A stretch of DNA of 64,000 nt from an uncultured Actinomycetota bacterium (GTDB lineage: Bacteria; Actinomycetota; Actinomycetes; Actinomycetales; CAVURS01). The notes beneath the pieces are model-generated. The model was not told where the DNA came from, did not search any database, and saw nothing but the letters and a program-made list of their open reading frames with translations. Where the stretch lies: contig CAWCEI010000007.1 of assembly GCA_963794535.1 (NCBI GenBank), positions 27,182-91,181 of the forward strand, written 5' to 3'. The position numbers were made by a program, and so were the translations under genes. Shown here one piece after another: positions 30,498 through 39,556 of the stretch (its first letter is position 1; each line of letters starts with the position of its first letter).

Positions 30498-31162
30498 CTA
30501 GAGGAGGCGGCGGTCGGCGGCCCAGCGGGTCAGCTCGTGCCGGCTCGAGAGCTGGAGCTTGCGCAGCACCGACGACACGTGGGTCTCGACGGTCTTCACC
30601 GAGATGAACAGCTCCTTGGCGACCTCCTTGTAGGCGTAGCCCCGGGCGATCAGCCGCATCACCTCGCGCTCGCGCGCGCTGAGCCGGTCGAGCTCCTCGT
30701 CGACGACGGCCAGGTCGCCGGCTCCGGTCCCGAACGCGTCCAGCACGAAGCCGGCCAGCCGCGGGCTGAACACCGCGTCGCCGCCGGCCACCCGGCGTAC
30801 GGCGTTGGACAGCTCGTCGCCGTCGACGGTCTTGGTGACATAGCCGCGCGCCCCGGCCCGGATCACCGCGATCACGTCCTCGGCGGCGTCGGACACGCTC
30901 AGCGCCAGGAACCGCACCGGCTCCCCCGCCGCCGTCGTCAGCCCGGCCGACGGGTCAGCACCTCGGCGCCCCCGCCGCCGTCACCGCCGGGCAGGTGCAC
31001 GTCGAGCAGGACGACGTCCGGCCGCTCCCGCGCGACCACCTCGATCGCCGAGTCGACCGTGTCGGCCTCGCCCACGATGTCGAGGTCGCGCGCCAGCTCG
31101 GCCCGCACCCCCGTGCGGAACATCCGATGGTCGTCGACCAGCACGACGCGCATCCGGCTCAC
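30498..31162 (-). pseudogene. Response regulator, NarL/LuxR family (LiaR/VraR-like context), 1 frameshift
   Basis: Receiver half in ORF 30938-31162 (MRVVLVDDHRMFRTGVRAEL..PDVVLLDVHLPGG). The remainder is in ORF 30498-30917 (VRFLALSVSDAAEDVIAVIRAGARGYVTK..LSAREREVMRLIARGYAYKEVAKELFISVKTVETHVSSVLRKLQ). Confidence 0.85.
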
Positions 31163-31199
31163 TCACCTCTCGTGTCTGCGGCGGGCTGTTCGGTTCAGG

Positions 31200-32653
31200 T
31201 CAGCCGACTGGCTCGGCCAAATCCATTGGTACGACGGAGGTTTCGGCCGGCAGCTCGAGACCGACCTCGGTGCCGCCGGCCGTCCACCCGGCGTACGTCG
31301 GCCCGGCCGCCGTGACGGTGCATCCGGCCGACGATCGACTCTCGGACGCCGAGCCGGTCGGTCGGCACGTCCTCCGGGTCGAAGCCGTCGCCACGGTCGC
31401 GCACGAACGCGCTCACCCCGTCGGCGCTCGACTCGACGTACGCCGAGACCGGCGCGCGGCCATGCCGTACGGCGTTGAGCAACGCCTCGCGCAGCGCCTG
31501 GACCAGCGCGCGCGACGCCGGGTCGATCGGCCGGTCGCCCACGACGACCAGGTCGACCGGCACGCCGTGGCCGTCCTCGACCTCGGCCACGACGTCGCGC
31601 ACCGCGACCTGGAGCGTCTCCGCGCCGGCCGGTCGTCCCGGCGTAGAGCCAGTCGCGCAGCTCGCGCTCCTGGGCCCGGGCCAGCCGGGCCACCTCGTTG
31701 GCGTCGCCCGGCTTGCGCTGGATCAGGGCCAGGGTCTGCAGCACCGAGTCGTGCAGGTGGGCCGCGATCTCGGCCCGCTCCACCTCGCGCACCCGCAGGG
31801 CCCGCTCGCGCTCGAGGTCGCGCCAGAGCCGCAGACCCCACGGCGCGAGCACCAGGCCGACGCCCAGCAGCACCGCGACCGAGGCGATCACGATCGGCAC
31901 CAGCTCGCTGGCGCTGGTGCCGCGGGCGACCAGCAGCAGGATGCCGACGACGGCGAGCACGACCCCGCCGCCGAGCCGGAGCAAGCCCGATCCGCGGCGA
32001 GCCGCCGGCCGGCGCCAGCCAGCGGGCCCGCTCGGTGATGTCCAGCTGGCGCAGCGCGATGGCCGCGCCGACCAGCAGGACGAGCAGCGGGCACCCAGAT
32101 CTCGGCGTGCACGTTGACGCCGCTGCGCGCCAGGAGCGCGACGGCGGCGCCGACGACCAGCACGAGCCCGAGGCCGATCGCCTGCAGCCGCTCGCGGCTC
32201 GAGCGGCTGGCGGGCGCGGCGGGACCGGCCGGCCGCGCGTCGGGCCGGGGTCACGGGCGACCCGGCCGGGTCGCTTGGGCGCGGCCGGGTCGGCGGTCTC
32301 CTGCGGGGTCAGGGCCCAGAGCAGCACGTACGCCACCAGCCCGGCGCCACTGGTCGCCACCGTCGCGACGACGAACGCGATCCGGATCGCCCGGACCTGG
32401 ATGCCCAGGTGCTCGGCCAGCCCGGCGGCGACGCCGGCGACCATCCGGCCCTGGGTCGGCCGGCGCAGCCGGGGCCGCGGCTCGGGGGCCCCGGACGAGC
32501 GGCCGCAGCGGAGGGGCCGGACGCGCCGTGCCCGCCCGCGGCACCCGCCGTACTCCCGTTCGGCCGGTATCCGGACCCGAAAACGGGCGGAATCACCGGC
32601 GGAACTGGAGCAAGGCGGCCGGGCGGGAGCACGGGGCCGGACGGTTCGCTCAC
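31200..32653 (-). pseudogene. PspC-domain sensor histidine kinase, at least 6 frameshifts
   Basis: N-terminus at 32653 (MSEPSGPV..). PspC domain MVAGVAAGLAEHLGIQVRAIRIAFVVATVATSGAGLVAYVLLWALTP (ORF 31413-32444), then TM segments. H-box EIAAHLHDSVLQTLALIQ (ORF 31163-32254). ATPase motifs ALREALLNAVRHG and VRDRGDGFDP (ORF 31195-31602). The end GGTEVGLELP is in ORF 31200-31394. Confidence 0.8.
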
Positions 32654-32815
32654 CTGGTCATCCTCGCGCCTCCGGACCCGCCCGGCGCCTCAGGGACGGC
32701 CGGCCCTCGCTCCCCCGGACTTCGAGCCAGGGGCGGGCGCGGGCCGGAGCCAGGGTGCGCTCAGGGTGACGCCTGATGGTGGACGGCGCCGCTGCGCCGG
32801 GCAGATTGAGCTGGC

Positions 32816-34296
32816 ATGAACGAGACGACCTCCGGCGCCACCCCGCCCACGCCCCCCACGGCCCCGCTGCCGCCGGCACCACCGGCCGGTACGACGCCGG
32901 CCACCTCGGCCCAGCCGCACCCCGCCGGCCCGGGCCCGCGACCGCAGGACCGGTTCTTCGACGGCATCCGCGGGATCGGCCTGCGCCGCTCGCAGCACCG
33001 GATGGTCGGCGGCGTCAGCGGCGGCATCGCCGAGCGCACCGGCATCGACGTCACCGTCGTGCGGGTCGCTCACCGTGGTCCTGGCGATCTTCGGCGGCCT
33101 CGGCATCCTGGCCTACGGCCTGGCCTGGCTGTTCCTGCCCGAGCCGGACGGCCGGATCCACGCCGAGCAGGTGCTGCGCGGCGACGTCTCCGCCGGGGCC
33201 GTCGGCGCGATCATCACGTCGGTCCTGTCCCTCGGCAGCGTCGGCGGCGTCTGGAACCACGGCCCGTTCAGCGTCGGCTGGCACGGCGGCGGCCTCTGGG
33301 GGCTGTTCTGGGGGCTGAGCGGCACGGCGCTGTTCCTCGGCGCCGTCGCCTTCGTGATCTACCTGGTCGCCCGCGGCCGCAGCTCCGCCCCCGGCGGGCC
33401 CGACCGCGGCCGGCTCGGCCCCGTACGCCGGACCCACCGCCGCCGTACGGCCGGACCGACCGCGCCGTACGCCGGCACCCACGCGCGCCGTACGCGGACC
33501 GCCGCTCGGCGGCACCGACGGCCACCATGACGCGCGCCGGCGGCCCGACCACCAGCGCACCGCTCCGGCCCTGTGCCGGCGCCGCCCGCCGACACCCGCG
33601 GCGCAAGCCGTTCGGCGCGTTCGGTGCGCTGGCCGTCGCCGGCCTGGCGGTCATCGGCGCGGCGGTGACCGCGCTGGTCATGAGCAACGGCAGCTACGAG
33701 GCCGAGCACCGCGGTGATGGCCTGGGCCGTCGCCCTGGCGATCCTGGGCGGCGCCCTGGTCGTCGGCGGCATGGCCGGGCGCCGGGCCGGGATCGTCGGC
33801 CTGTTCGCGGTGATCGCCGTCATCGGCACCCTGGTCGCGACGGTCGTGCCCAAGCTGAACCACCTGGAGGGCGCGGGCGACCGCACCTGGCGGCCCGCGA
33901 CCGTCAGCACCGCCACGGACGGCTACGGGCTGGGCGTCGGCGACGCGACGCTCGACCTCACCGCCCTGGCGCCGGGCGAGCTCGACGCCAGCGACCCGGC
34001 CAACATCTCGGTCTCGGTCGGCATCGGCCAGCTGACCATCCAGGTGCCGACCGGCACTGCGGTGGAGGTCCGCTCCTCGATCGGCGCCGGCGACGTCCAC
34101 CGGGTGAGTGGCTTCGACCAGGGCCCGCTGTTCGAACGACAGCAACTCCGGAGTGTTCGTCGACGACAACCACGGCGACGGAGACCTCAGCGGGGTCGGG
34201 ATCCACCGCACGGTGGTCACCGGCGCCGGCCCGGCCCAGCTGATCGTCGAGGCCAAGGTCGGGCTCGGCGAGATCCAGGTCGAGGAGGTGCCGTGA
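32816..34296 (+). pseudogene. PspC-domain membrane protein with LiaF-like C-terminal region, at least 4 frameshifts
   Basis: ATG 32816, Pro-rich N-terminus, then PspC motif RMVGGVSGGIAERTGIDVTVVRVA / LAIFGGLGILAYGLAWLFLPE (ORF 33075-33530), followed by TM segments. The C-terminal DATLDLTAL..ISVSVGIGQLTIQVPTGTAVEVRSSIGAGDV.. and ..LIVEAKVGLGEIQVEEVP lie in ORFs 33714-34352 and 34108-34296. Confidence 0.75.
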
Positions 34297-34349
34297 TGAG
34301 CGACCAGACCAACAGCCCCAACAGCGACTGCCAGCGAAGGAGTACCCAG

Positions 34350-34636
34350 TGATCGAGACCGTGACCGAGACCGACCGACCGAGACCGAGCCGGCGCCGTC
34401 GTTGGACCGTCCGATCCGCCGGTCGGGCCGACTGCCGGTACGCCGCGGGCCGTCGGTCCCGACCATCGTCTGGGGCCTGCTGTTCGCGCTCATCGCGGCG
34501 GTCGTGATGATCGGCCAGACCTCCGAGGTCGACCTCAACCTCGAGGTCACGCGTCCCGGTGACGCTGCTCGTGGCCGGCGTCGTCCTGGTCGTCTGGGGG
34601 GTCGCCGGCCTCGGCCGCTCCCGCCGTACCCCGTAG
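34350..34636 (+). pseudogene. Small membrane protein (2 TM), about 2 frameshifts
   Basis: GTG 34350 lies 7 nt after AAGGAG. ORF 34402-34860 gives ..RRGPSVPTIVWGLLFALIAAVVMIGQTSEVDLNLEV. A third frame then gives VTLLVAGVVLVVWGVAGLGRSRRTP, ending at TAG 34634-34636. Confidence 0.4.
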
Positions 34637-34645
34637 GCCCGGTAT

Positions 34646-34685
34646 TGAGGCAACGGCGCGTCACATTTGACGCGCCGTTGCCTCA
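34646..34685. repeat. 40-bp perfect palindrome, family copy B
   Basis: TGAGGCAACGGCGCGTCA-CATT-TGACGCGCCGTTGCCTCA, between the convergent small membrane gene and the NUDIX gene. Confidence 0.8.
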
Positions 34686-35163
34686 TTGCGGGCCCGAGCC
34701 GGAGCCGAGCGGGTCCGAGGAGGCGGTCGACGGCCGTGCGGGCCATCGGCACCAGGTGCAGCCCGTCGGCCTCGGCGAGGTCGACCCAGCGGGCCTGCGA
34801 CGTGGTGCCGCCGACGTCGTGCACGACCGGCCTTGGTCGGCTCGGCCACCATCCCGGTGAACAGCAGCCGCACCGCATGGAAGTCCTCCAGCACCCCGCG
34901 CGGCGAGACCCCCTCGAAGTGCTCGGACTCGACATCGACGAGGGCGACCTCGCCACGACCTGCTGCCCGGTCTCCTCGAAGGTCTCCCGCACCACCGTGT
35001 CGCGCGGGTCCTCGCCGTGGTCGACGCCCCCGCCGGGCAGGGTCCAGCCGCCGGGCCAGCCGGTCCGGTCGGACAGCTGGGTCAGCAGGATCCGCGGACC
35101 GTCAACGACGATGACGTACGCCGCGAGCCGCTGCCGCCGGACCGGCTCAGCCGCCTCGCTCAC
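34661..35163 (-). pseudogene. NUDIX hydrolase, at least 2 frameshifts, 3' end uncertain
   Basis: ORF 33958-35163 N-terminus: AAYVIVVDGPRILLTQLS..GGWTLPGGGVDHGEDPRDTVVRETFEETG (Nudix box). The middle part is in ORF 34661-34894 (LEDFHAVRLLFTGMVAEPTK). The first frame then resumes with VVHDVGGTTSQARWVDLAEADGLHLVPMARTAVDRLLG. Candidate stops are at 34661 or 34683. Confidence 0.75.
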
Positions 35164-36301
35164 GCCGCCGCCACGGCTCGGATCGCCGCCGCCCGGCCGT
35201 ACTCCTCATCGGCCCGGCGCACGACGAACTGCCAGTCCTGGACCGGCGGCGACCTCGCGGTTGTGCGCCGAAATCCGTTGCCGCAGATCGGAGTCGACCA
35301 CCAGTCGCACGATCGCCTCCACCATGCCGTCGTCGCTGTCGGCCAGCAGGCCGTCGACGCCGTCCTGTCACGAACTCCCCTACCCCACTGTCGGACCGGC
35401 CGACGATCGGCAGCCCGGCCGCGCGCGCCTCGATGGCCGCGATGCCGAACGACTCGAGCCGGGCCGGCGCGACGTACAGGTCCGCGCCTTCGATAGGTCT
35501 CGACCAGCTGCTCCCGCGCGACCCGTCCGGTCAGCTCGACCCAACCGAGTTCGGGCCGCTCGACCAGCCGGCGCATCCGCCGCTCCGCCGCGCCCTCGCC
35601 GAGGATCGTCAGCCGCAGCCCGGTCGTCTCTGGCACCCGCGCCCGGACCTCAGTCGCCATGCGCAGCAACGGGATCGGCCGTTTGCGGTGCACGAGACGC
35701 ATGGCCGAGACGAGATGTACGACGCCGTCGTCGCGCACCAGGGGATCGGCCTTCCACGCCGCCGACATCGACGCCGTTCGGCAGGACGGTCACCTCGGCG
35801 CCAGCACCCAAGCACCGACCGGATCGGTTGCGCCGCAAGGTCGCTCACGGCCGTGAAGGCCATCGGCCGGGTCGACCAGTCGCGCAGCCGCTCCCACCAC
35901 CGGCCCGGCCGTTCGGTCCAGCCGAGCATGCAGTGCCAGGTCACGACGATCGGCAGCCCCAGGTCGAGCACCACCTTCATCGCGTCGTACGCGAAGGGCG
36001 ACACGACCCCGGCGTGGACGTGCACCACGTCGTACCGGCCGGCGAGCAGGATGGCCCGCACATCGCGCGGTGCGAACGGGTTGACCGGCAGCTCGAACGG
36101 CAGCCGGATCGCCAACCGGTGCACCGGCACCCCGTCGACGACATCCACGACGCCATGCCGCTCGCCGTGCGGGCCCGGCGTCGCCGTCAGCACGCTGACC
36201 TCATGTCCGGCCGCCTGCTGCCGGCGGGCCAGACCGTGGACCTGCGTCTCGATGCCACCCAGCCGGGGCAGGTAGCAGTCGGTCAGATGGGCCACGCGCA
36301 C
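35160..36301 (-). pseudogene. Glycosyltransferase family 4 (GT-B), at least 4 frameshifts
   Basis: VRVAHLTDCYLPRLGGIETQVHGLARRQQAAGHEVSVLT.. (ORF 35609-36361), VTVLPNGVDV (ORF 35650-35838), DDGVVHLVSAMRLVHRKRPIPLL..LRLTILGEGAAER..ELTGRVAREQLVETY (ORF 35160-35768). The tail ..QDWQFVVRRADEEYGRAAAI follows. The stop overlaps the NUDIX start (GTGA). Confidence 0.8.
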
Positions 36302-36363
36302 GGCCCGATCCTCGCACTGCGCGCTCGATCGGCTGAGTCGCCGTCTCCGCCGGATAGGCAAGG

Positions 36364-37230
36364 ATGACGGGCATGCCCGGCACGTTGGTCAGCTTCCACG
36401 CCCACCCGGACGACGAGGCCCTGCTCGTCGCCGGGACGCTGGCTCGCGCCGCCGCCGAGGGACACCGGGTCGTCGTCGTCGTGGCGACCGAGGGCGAGGC
36501 CGGGCTCACCGACGACGCGCACTCCGCGGACGGCCGGCTCGGCGAGCGGCGGATGGCCGAGCTGCAGCGCAGCGCCGACGTCCTCGGCGTCTCGCGGGTC
36601 ACGAGCCTGGGCTATGCCGACTCCGGCCTGCCGCCGGACGAGGTCAAGGTCGACCCACCTGGGCAGGTCTGCTTCGTCCGGGCCGATCGTCGAGGAGGCG
36701 GCCGAGCGGCTCGCCGCCATCCTGCGCGAGGAGAGCGCGAGCGTCCTCACGACGTACGACGTCAACGGCGGCTACGGGCACCCGGACCATGTCCAGGTCC
36801 ACCACGTCGGGCAACGCGCCGCCGAGCTGGCCGGCACGCCCGTCGTCCTGCAGGCCACCGTGCCGCGGGACCTGCTGCTGCGCGGGAGTCAAGCTGGCCA
36901 CGCGGGTCTATCGCTTCCCGCCCGAGTTCGACCCGACGTCGTTCGAGCGCGCCTACAGCCCGAAGGCGGAGATCACCCACCGGATCGACGTCCGCCGGTT
37001 CGCCGACGCCAAGCGCGCGTCGATGCGCGGCGCACGCCAGCCAGGCCGCCGGGGGCGAGGGCGACCGGACCCTGGCCGCCTTCGTCCGGATGCCACGGCT
37101 GCTCTACCGCCAGGTCTTCGGCCACGAGTGGTTCATCCAGGCCGGACTGACGACCGACCAGGCCAGCCACACGCCGTACGCCGATGTCTTCGCCACCGTC
37201 GACCGACGCGGCGGGCGTGGACCATGCCTG
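36364..37230 (+). pseudogene. PIG-L (LmbE) family deacetylase, at least 3 frameshifts
   Basis: [60 protein letters not shown] (ORF 36364-37755), [42 protein letters not shown] (ORF 36614-37150), [28 protein letters not shown] (ORF 36789-37820). The exact 3' end is uncertain. Confidence 0.7.
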
Positions 37231-37755
37231 ACGGACCCGCTGGGGCGGTTGCGCGACCTCCCGCGCCGACTGGCCCGCAAGGTGTACCGAACCGGGCTGA
37301 TCGGCTTCGGGCGGATGCCGCACCGACTGCAGCGCTGGGTGGTGCGGATCGCCAGCCCGTCGTACACCGTGGGCGCCCTCCTCGTCCTGGAGCACGAAGG
37401 AGCTCGGTCCTCGTCCTGCGCCAGCTGCACCGCGAGGGCTGGACCCTGCCCGGCGGGTTGCTGGACCACGGCGAGACCCCGGCCGCAGGGCGTCGTGCGC
37501 GAGGCCGGCGAGGAGCTCGGGCTCGTCGTCGACATCGACCCGGACCGCGACCTGCCGACCGCGACTCTGGTCGAGCCACACTCGCAACGGGTCGACGTGA
37601 TCTTCCACCGCGTGGTCGAGCAACGGCCGGACGTGCAGCCCCGGGGCGAGGCCTTCCGGGTGAGCTGGCGGCCGCTGGACGAGCTGACCCAGGACGACCA
37701 GGACGCGGTGACGCGCGACGTGCTGCTCCTGCTGCGCCGCGCCCAGCAACGGTGA
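37230..37755 (+). pseudogene. NUDIX hydrolase, about 2 frameshifts, start uncertain
   Basis: ..RWVVRIASPSYTVGALLVLEHEG / LVLRQLHREGWTLPGGLLDHGETP (frame of ORF 36789-37820) / GVVREAGEELGLVVDI..RVDVIFH..WRPLDELTQDDQDAVTRDVLLLL, ending at 37755. Confidence 0.65.
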
Positions 37756-37777
37756 CCGGGCCCGGACGCTGGCCGGC

Positions 37778-38540
37778 GTGGCCCTGGCGGCCGGCCGTGG
37801 TGAGCGGCTGCGGCCGCTGACCGACGTCCGGCCAAAACCGTTGTGCCCCATAGCGAACCGGCCCTTGGTCGACCTGGCTCTGGATCGGCTCGACCGCCCA
37901 CACCGGGTCGGGTCCGGACCACGTCGCGGTCAACGCGCACTACCTCTCGCGACCTGGTGGCCGAGTACGTCGGCTGACCGGGCTCGGCTCAGCGTCGAGC
38001 AGCCGGTGGCGCTGGGCACGGCCGGCGCCCTCGGGGCCTTGCGACCGTGGATCGACGGACGCGCCGTCCTGCTCACCAACACCGACGCCTATCTGCCCGG
38101 CGGGCTTGGCCGAGCTCGTCTGCTGACTGGGATGGCCAGCGAATTCGCTTGCTGTGCAAGGAGATCGGCCAGCCCGTCGGACTTCGGTATCGCGACGCTA
38201 TGTCGGCGCCTGCCTGATGCCGTGGACCGCAGTCGCACCGCTCACCGCCGAGCCGGGCGGGCTCTACGAGCTGGTCTGGCGCGGCAGCTGAGGAGCGGGG
38301 CGAGCTCGACCTCGTCGTCAGCACCGCGGTCGCGATCGACTGCGGCCGGCCGGCGGACTACCTGGCCGCCAACCTGCACGCGAGCGGGGGCGCAGTCGGT
38401 CATCGGGGCCGGTGCAGTCGTCGAGGGCCGGCTGGACCGCTGCGTCGTCTGGCCGGGTGCCTACGTCGGTCCGGACGAGGAGCTCGTCGACACGATCCGG
38501 GCCGGGACCCGCGACCGCCCGGTCACTGCGTCAGGGTCTG
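37778..38540 (+). pseudogene. Sugar-phosphate nucleotidyltransferase-like protein, several frameshifts, 3' end uncertain
   Basis: LAAGRGERLRPLTDVRPKPLCPIANRPLVDLALDRL (NTP-transferase G-x-G-x-R-L motif), ..ALGTAGALGALRPWIDGRAVLLTNTDAYLPGGL.., later QSVIGAGAVVEGRLDRCVVWPGAYVGPDEEL. The intervening segments are readable only in other frames. Confidence 0.6.
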
Positions 38541-38603
38541 ACCAGGGTCGGCTCCGGGCATCACCCGATGTCGCTGCGGCCACCGGGAAGGCAGGCTCAA
38601 CCC

Positions 38604-38826
38604 ATGAGCGAAAACACCGCCCCCCAGTCCCTACCCCACCGCCCAGCCGCGCCGCCTCACCCGGGTGCGCGACGGCAAGATGCTCGCCGGCGTCAGCACC
38701 GGTCTGGCCCGCTACCTGGGCGTCGACCCGGTCGTCGTACGCGTCGGTTTCGCCGTGCTGACCGTCATGAGCGGCGCCGGCCTGCTGGCCTACGTCGCCT
38801 GCTGGATCCTGATGCCGAACGAGTGA
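38604..38826 (+). pseudogene. Small PspC-domain membrane protein, 1 frameshift
   Basis: ATG 38604 (GGAAGG lies upstream) gives MSENTAPQSLP... The PspC domain LTRVRDGKMLAGVSTGLARYLGVDPVVVRVGFAVLTVMSGAGLLAYVACWILMPNE is in the adjacent frame and ends at TGA 38824-38826. Confidence 0.6.
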
Positions 38827-38858
38827 GCCCACCGGCGCAAGCGCCCGCAACGCTGCCC

Positions 38859-38896
38859 AAGAGTTCTTTGCAAACATATCTTTGCAAAGAACTCTT
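38859..38896. promoter_or_regulatory. AT-rich perfect inverted repeat, candidate operator of the ArsR-MFS operon
   Basis: AAGAGTTCTTTGCAAA-CATATC-TTTGCAAAGAACTCTT. The octamer TCTTTGCA occurs three times within 38865-38900. It ends 20 nt upstream of the regulator's GTG. Confidence 0.55.
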
Positions 38897-38916
38897 TGCA
38901 TGCTACGTTCGGTCGG

Positions 38917-39556
38917 GTGAGCACACCGGAAAGCCCAGCCAGGCCTAGCGCCTTCGACCCCGGCCCCGACGCCGAGAACTCCGTCACCCCCGACGCCCGC
39001 ACGCTGCGCGGCCTGGCCCACCCGGTGCGGGTGCGGATCATCGGGATGCTGCGCCAGGACGGGCCGTCGACCGCGACCAAGCTCGGTGAGCGGCTCGGTC
39101 TGTCCAGCGCCGCCACGAGCTACCACCTGCGCCAGCTGGCGACGTACGGGTTCATCGCCGAGGCCGAGGAGCTGGGTGAGGGCCGCGAGCGCTACTGGCG
39201 GGTCGCTGCACCGGATGACCACCTTCGACATGCGCGCCTCCGACGACCCGGCGGTCGCCGCCGAGGGCGAGGCGTTCCTGCGCGGCGTGGCCGAGCTCTA
39301 CATCCACAACATGCGCACCTACCTCGACGAGCGGCCGACGCTGACCCCCGAGTGGCAGGGCGCCAGCACCCTGAGCGACCTCGTCCTGCGGCTCACCCCG
39401 GAGGAGGCCGAGGAGCTGATGGACTCGATCTGGCGGATCGTGCGCGGCGCCCGGCGGGCCGACGATCCGGACGCGGTCGCGCCCGAGGGAGCGCGCAAGG
39501 TCCAGGTCCAGCTGCAGGTCTTCCCGCGGCCGGGCGGAGAGCCCGACCAGCCATGA
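38917..39556 (+). pseudogene. ArsR-family winged-helix transcriptional regulator with C-terminal extension, 1 frameshift
   Basis: LRGLAHPVRVRIIGMLRQDGPSTATKLGERLGLSSAATSYHLRQLATYGFI..GRERYWR (ORF 38896-39918). It continues in ORF 39086-39556 (..MTTFDMRASDDPAVAAEGEAFLRGVAELYIHNMRTYLDERP..). The frame change is near 39205-39215. Confidence 0.75.

Noticed and set aside
36364-37755. Apparent fusion or giant proteins in the ORF track: 36364-37755 (PIG-L + NUDIX), 60150-62504 (GlpD + HAD), 22052-23557 (sucD run-on), 25268-27271 (667 aa ending in M23) and 51025-53460 (ABC + 200 aa).
   Set aside because: Each is explained by frameshifts, lost stops or an open off-frame leader. Motif content shows separate genes with normal start signals (GTGA/ATGA overlaps, an RBS before GTG 26507).
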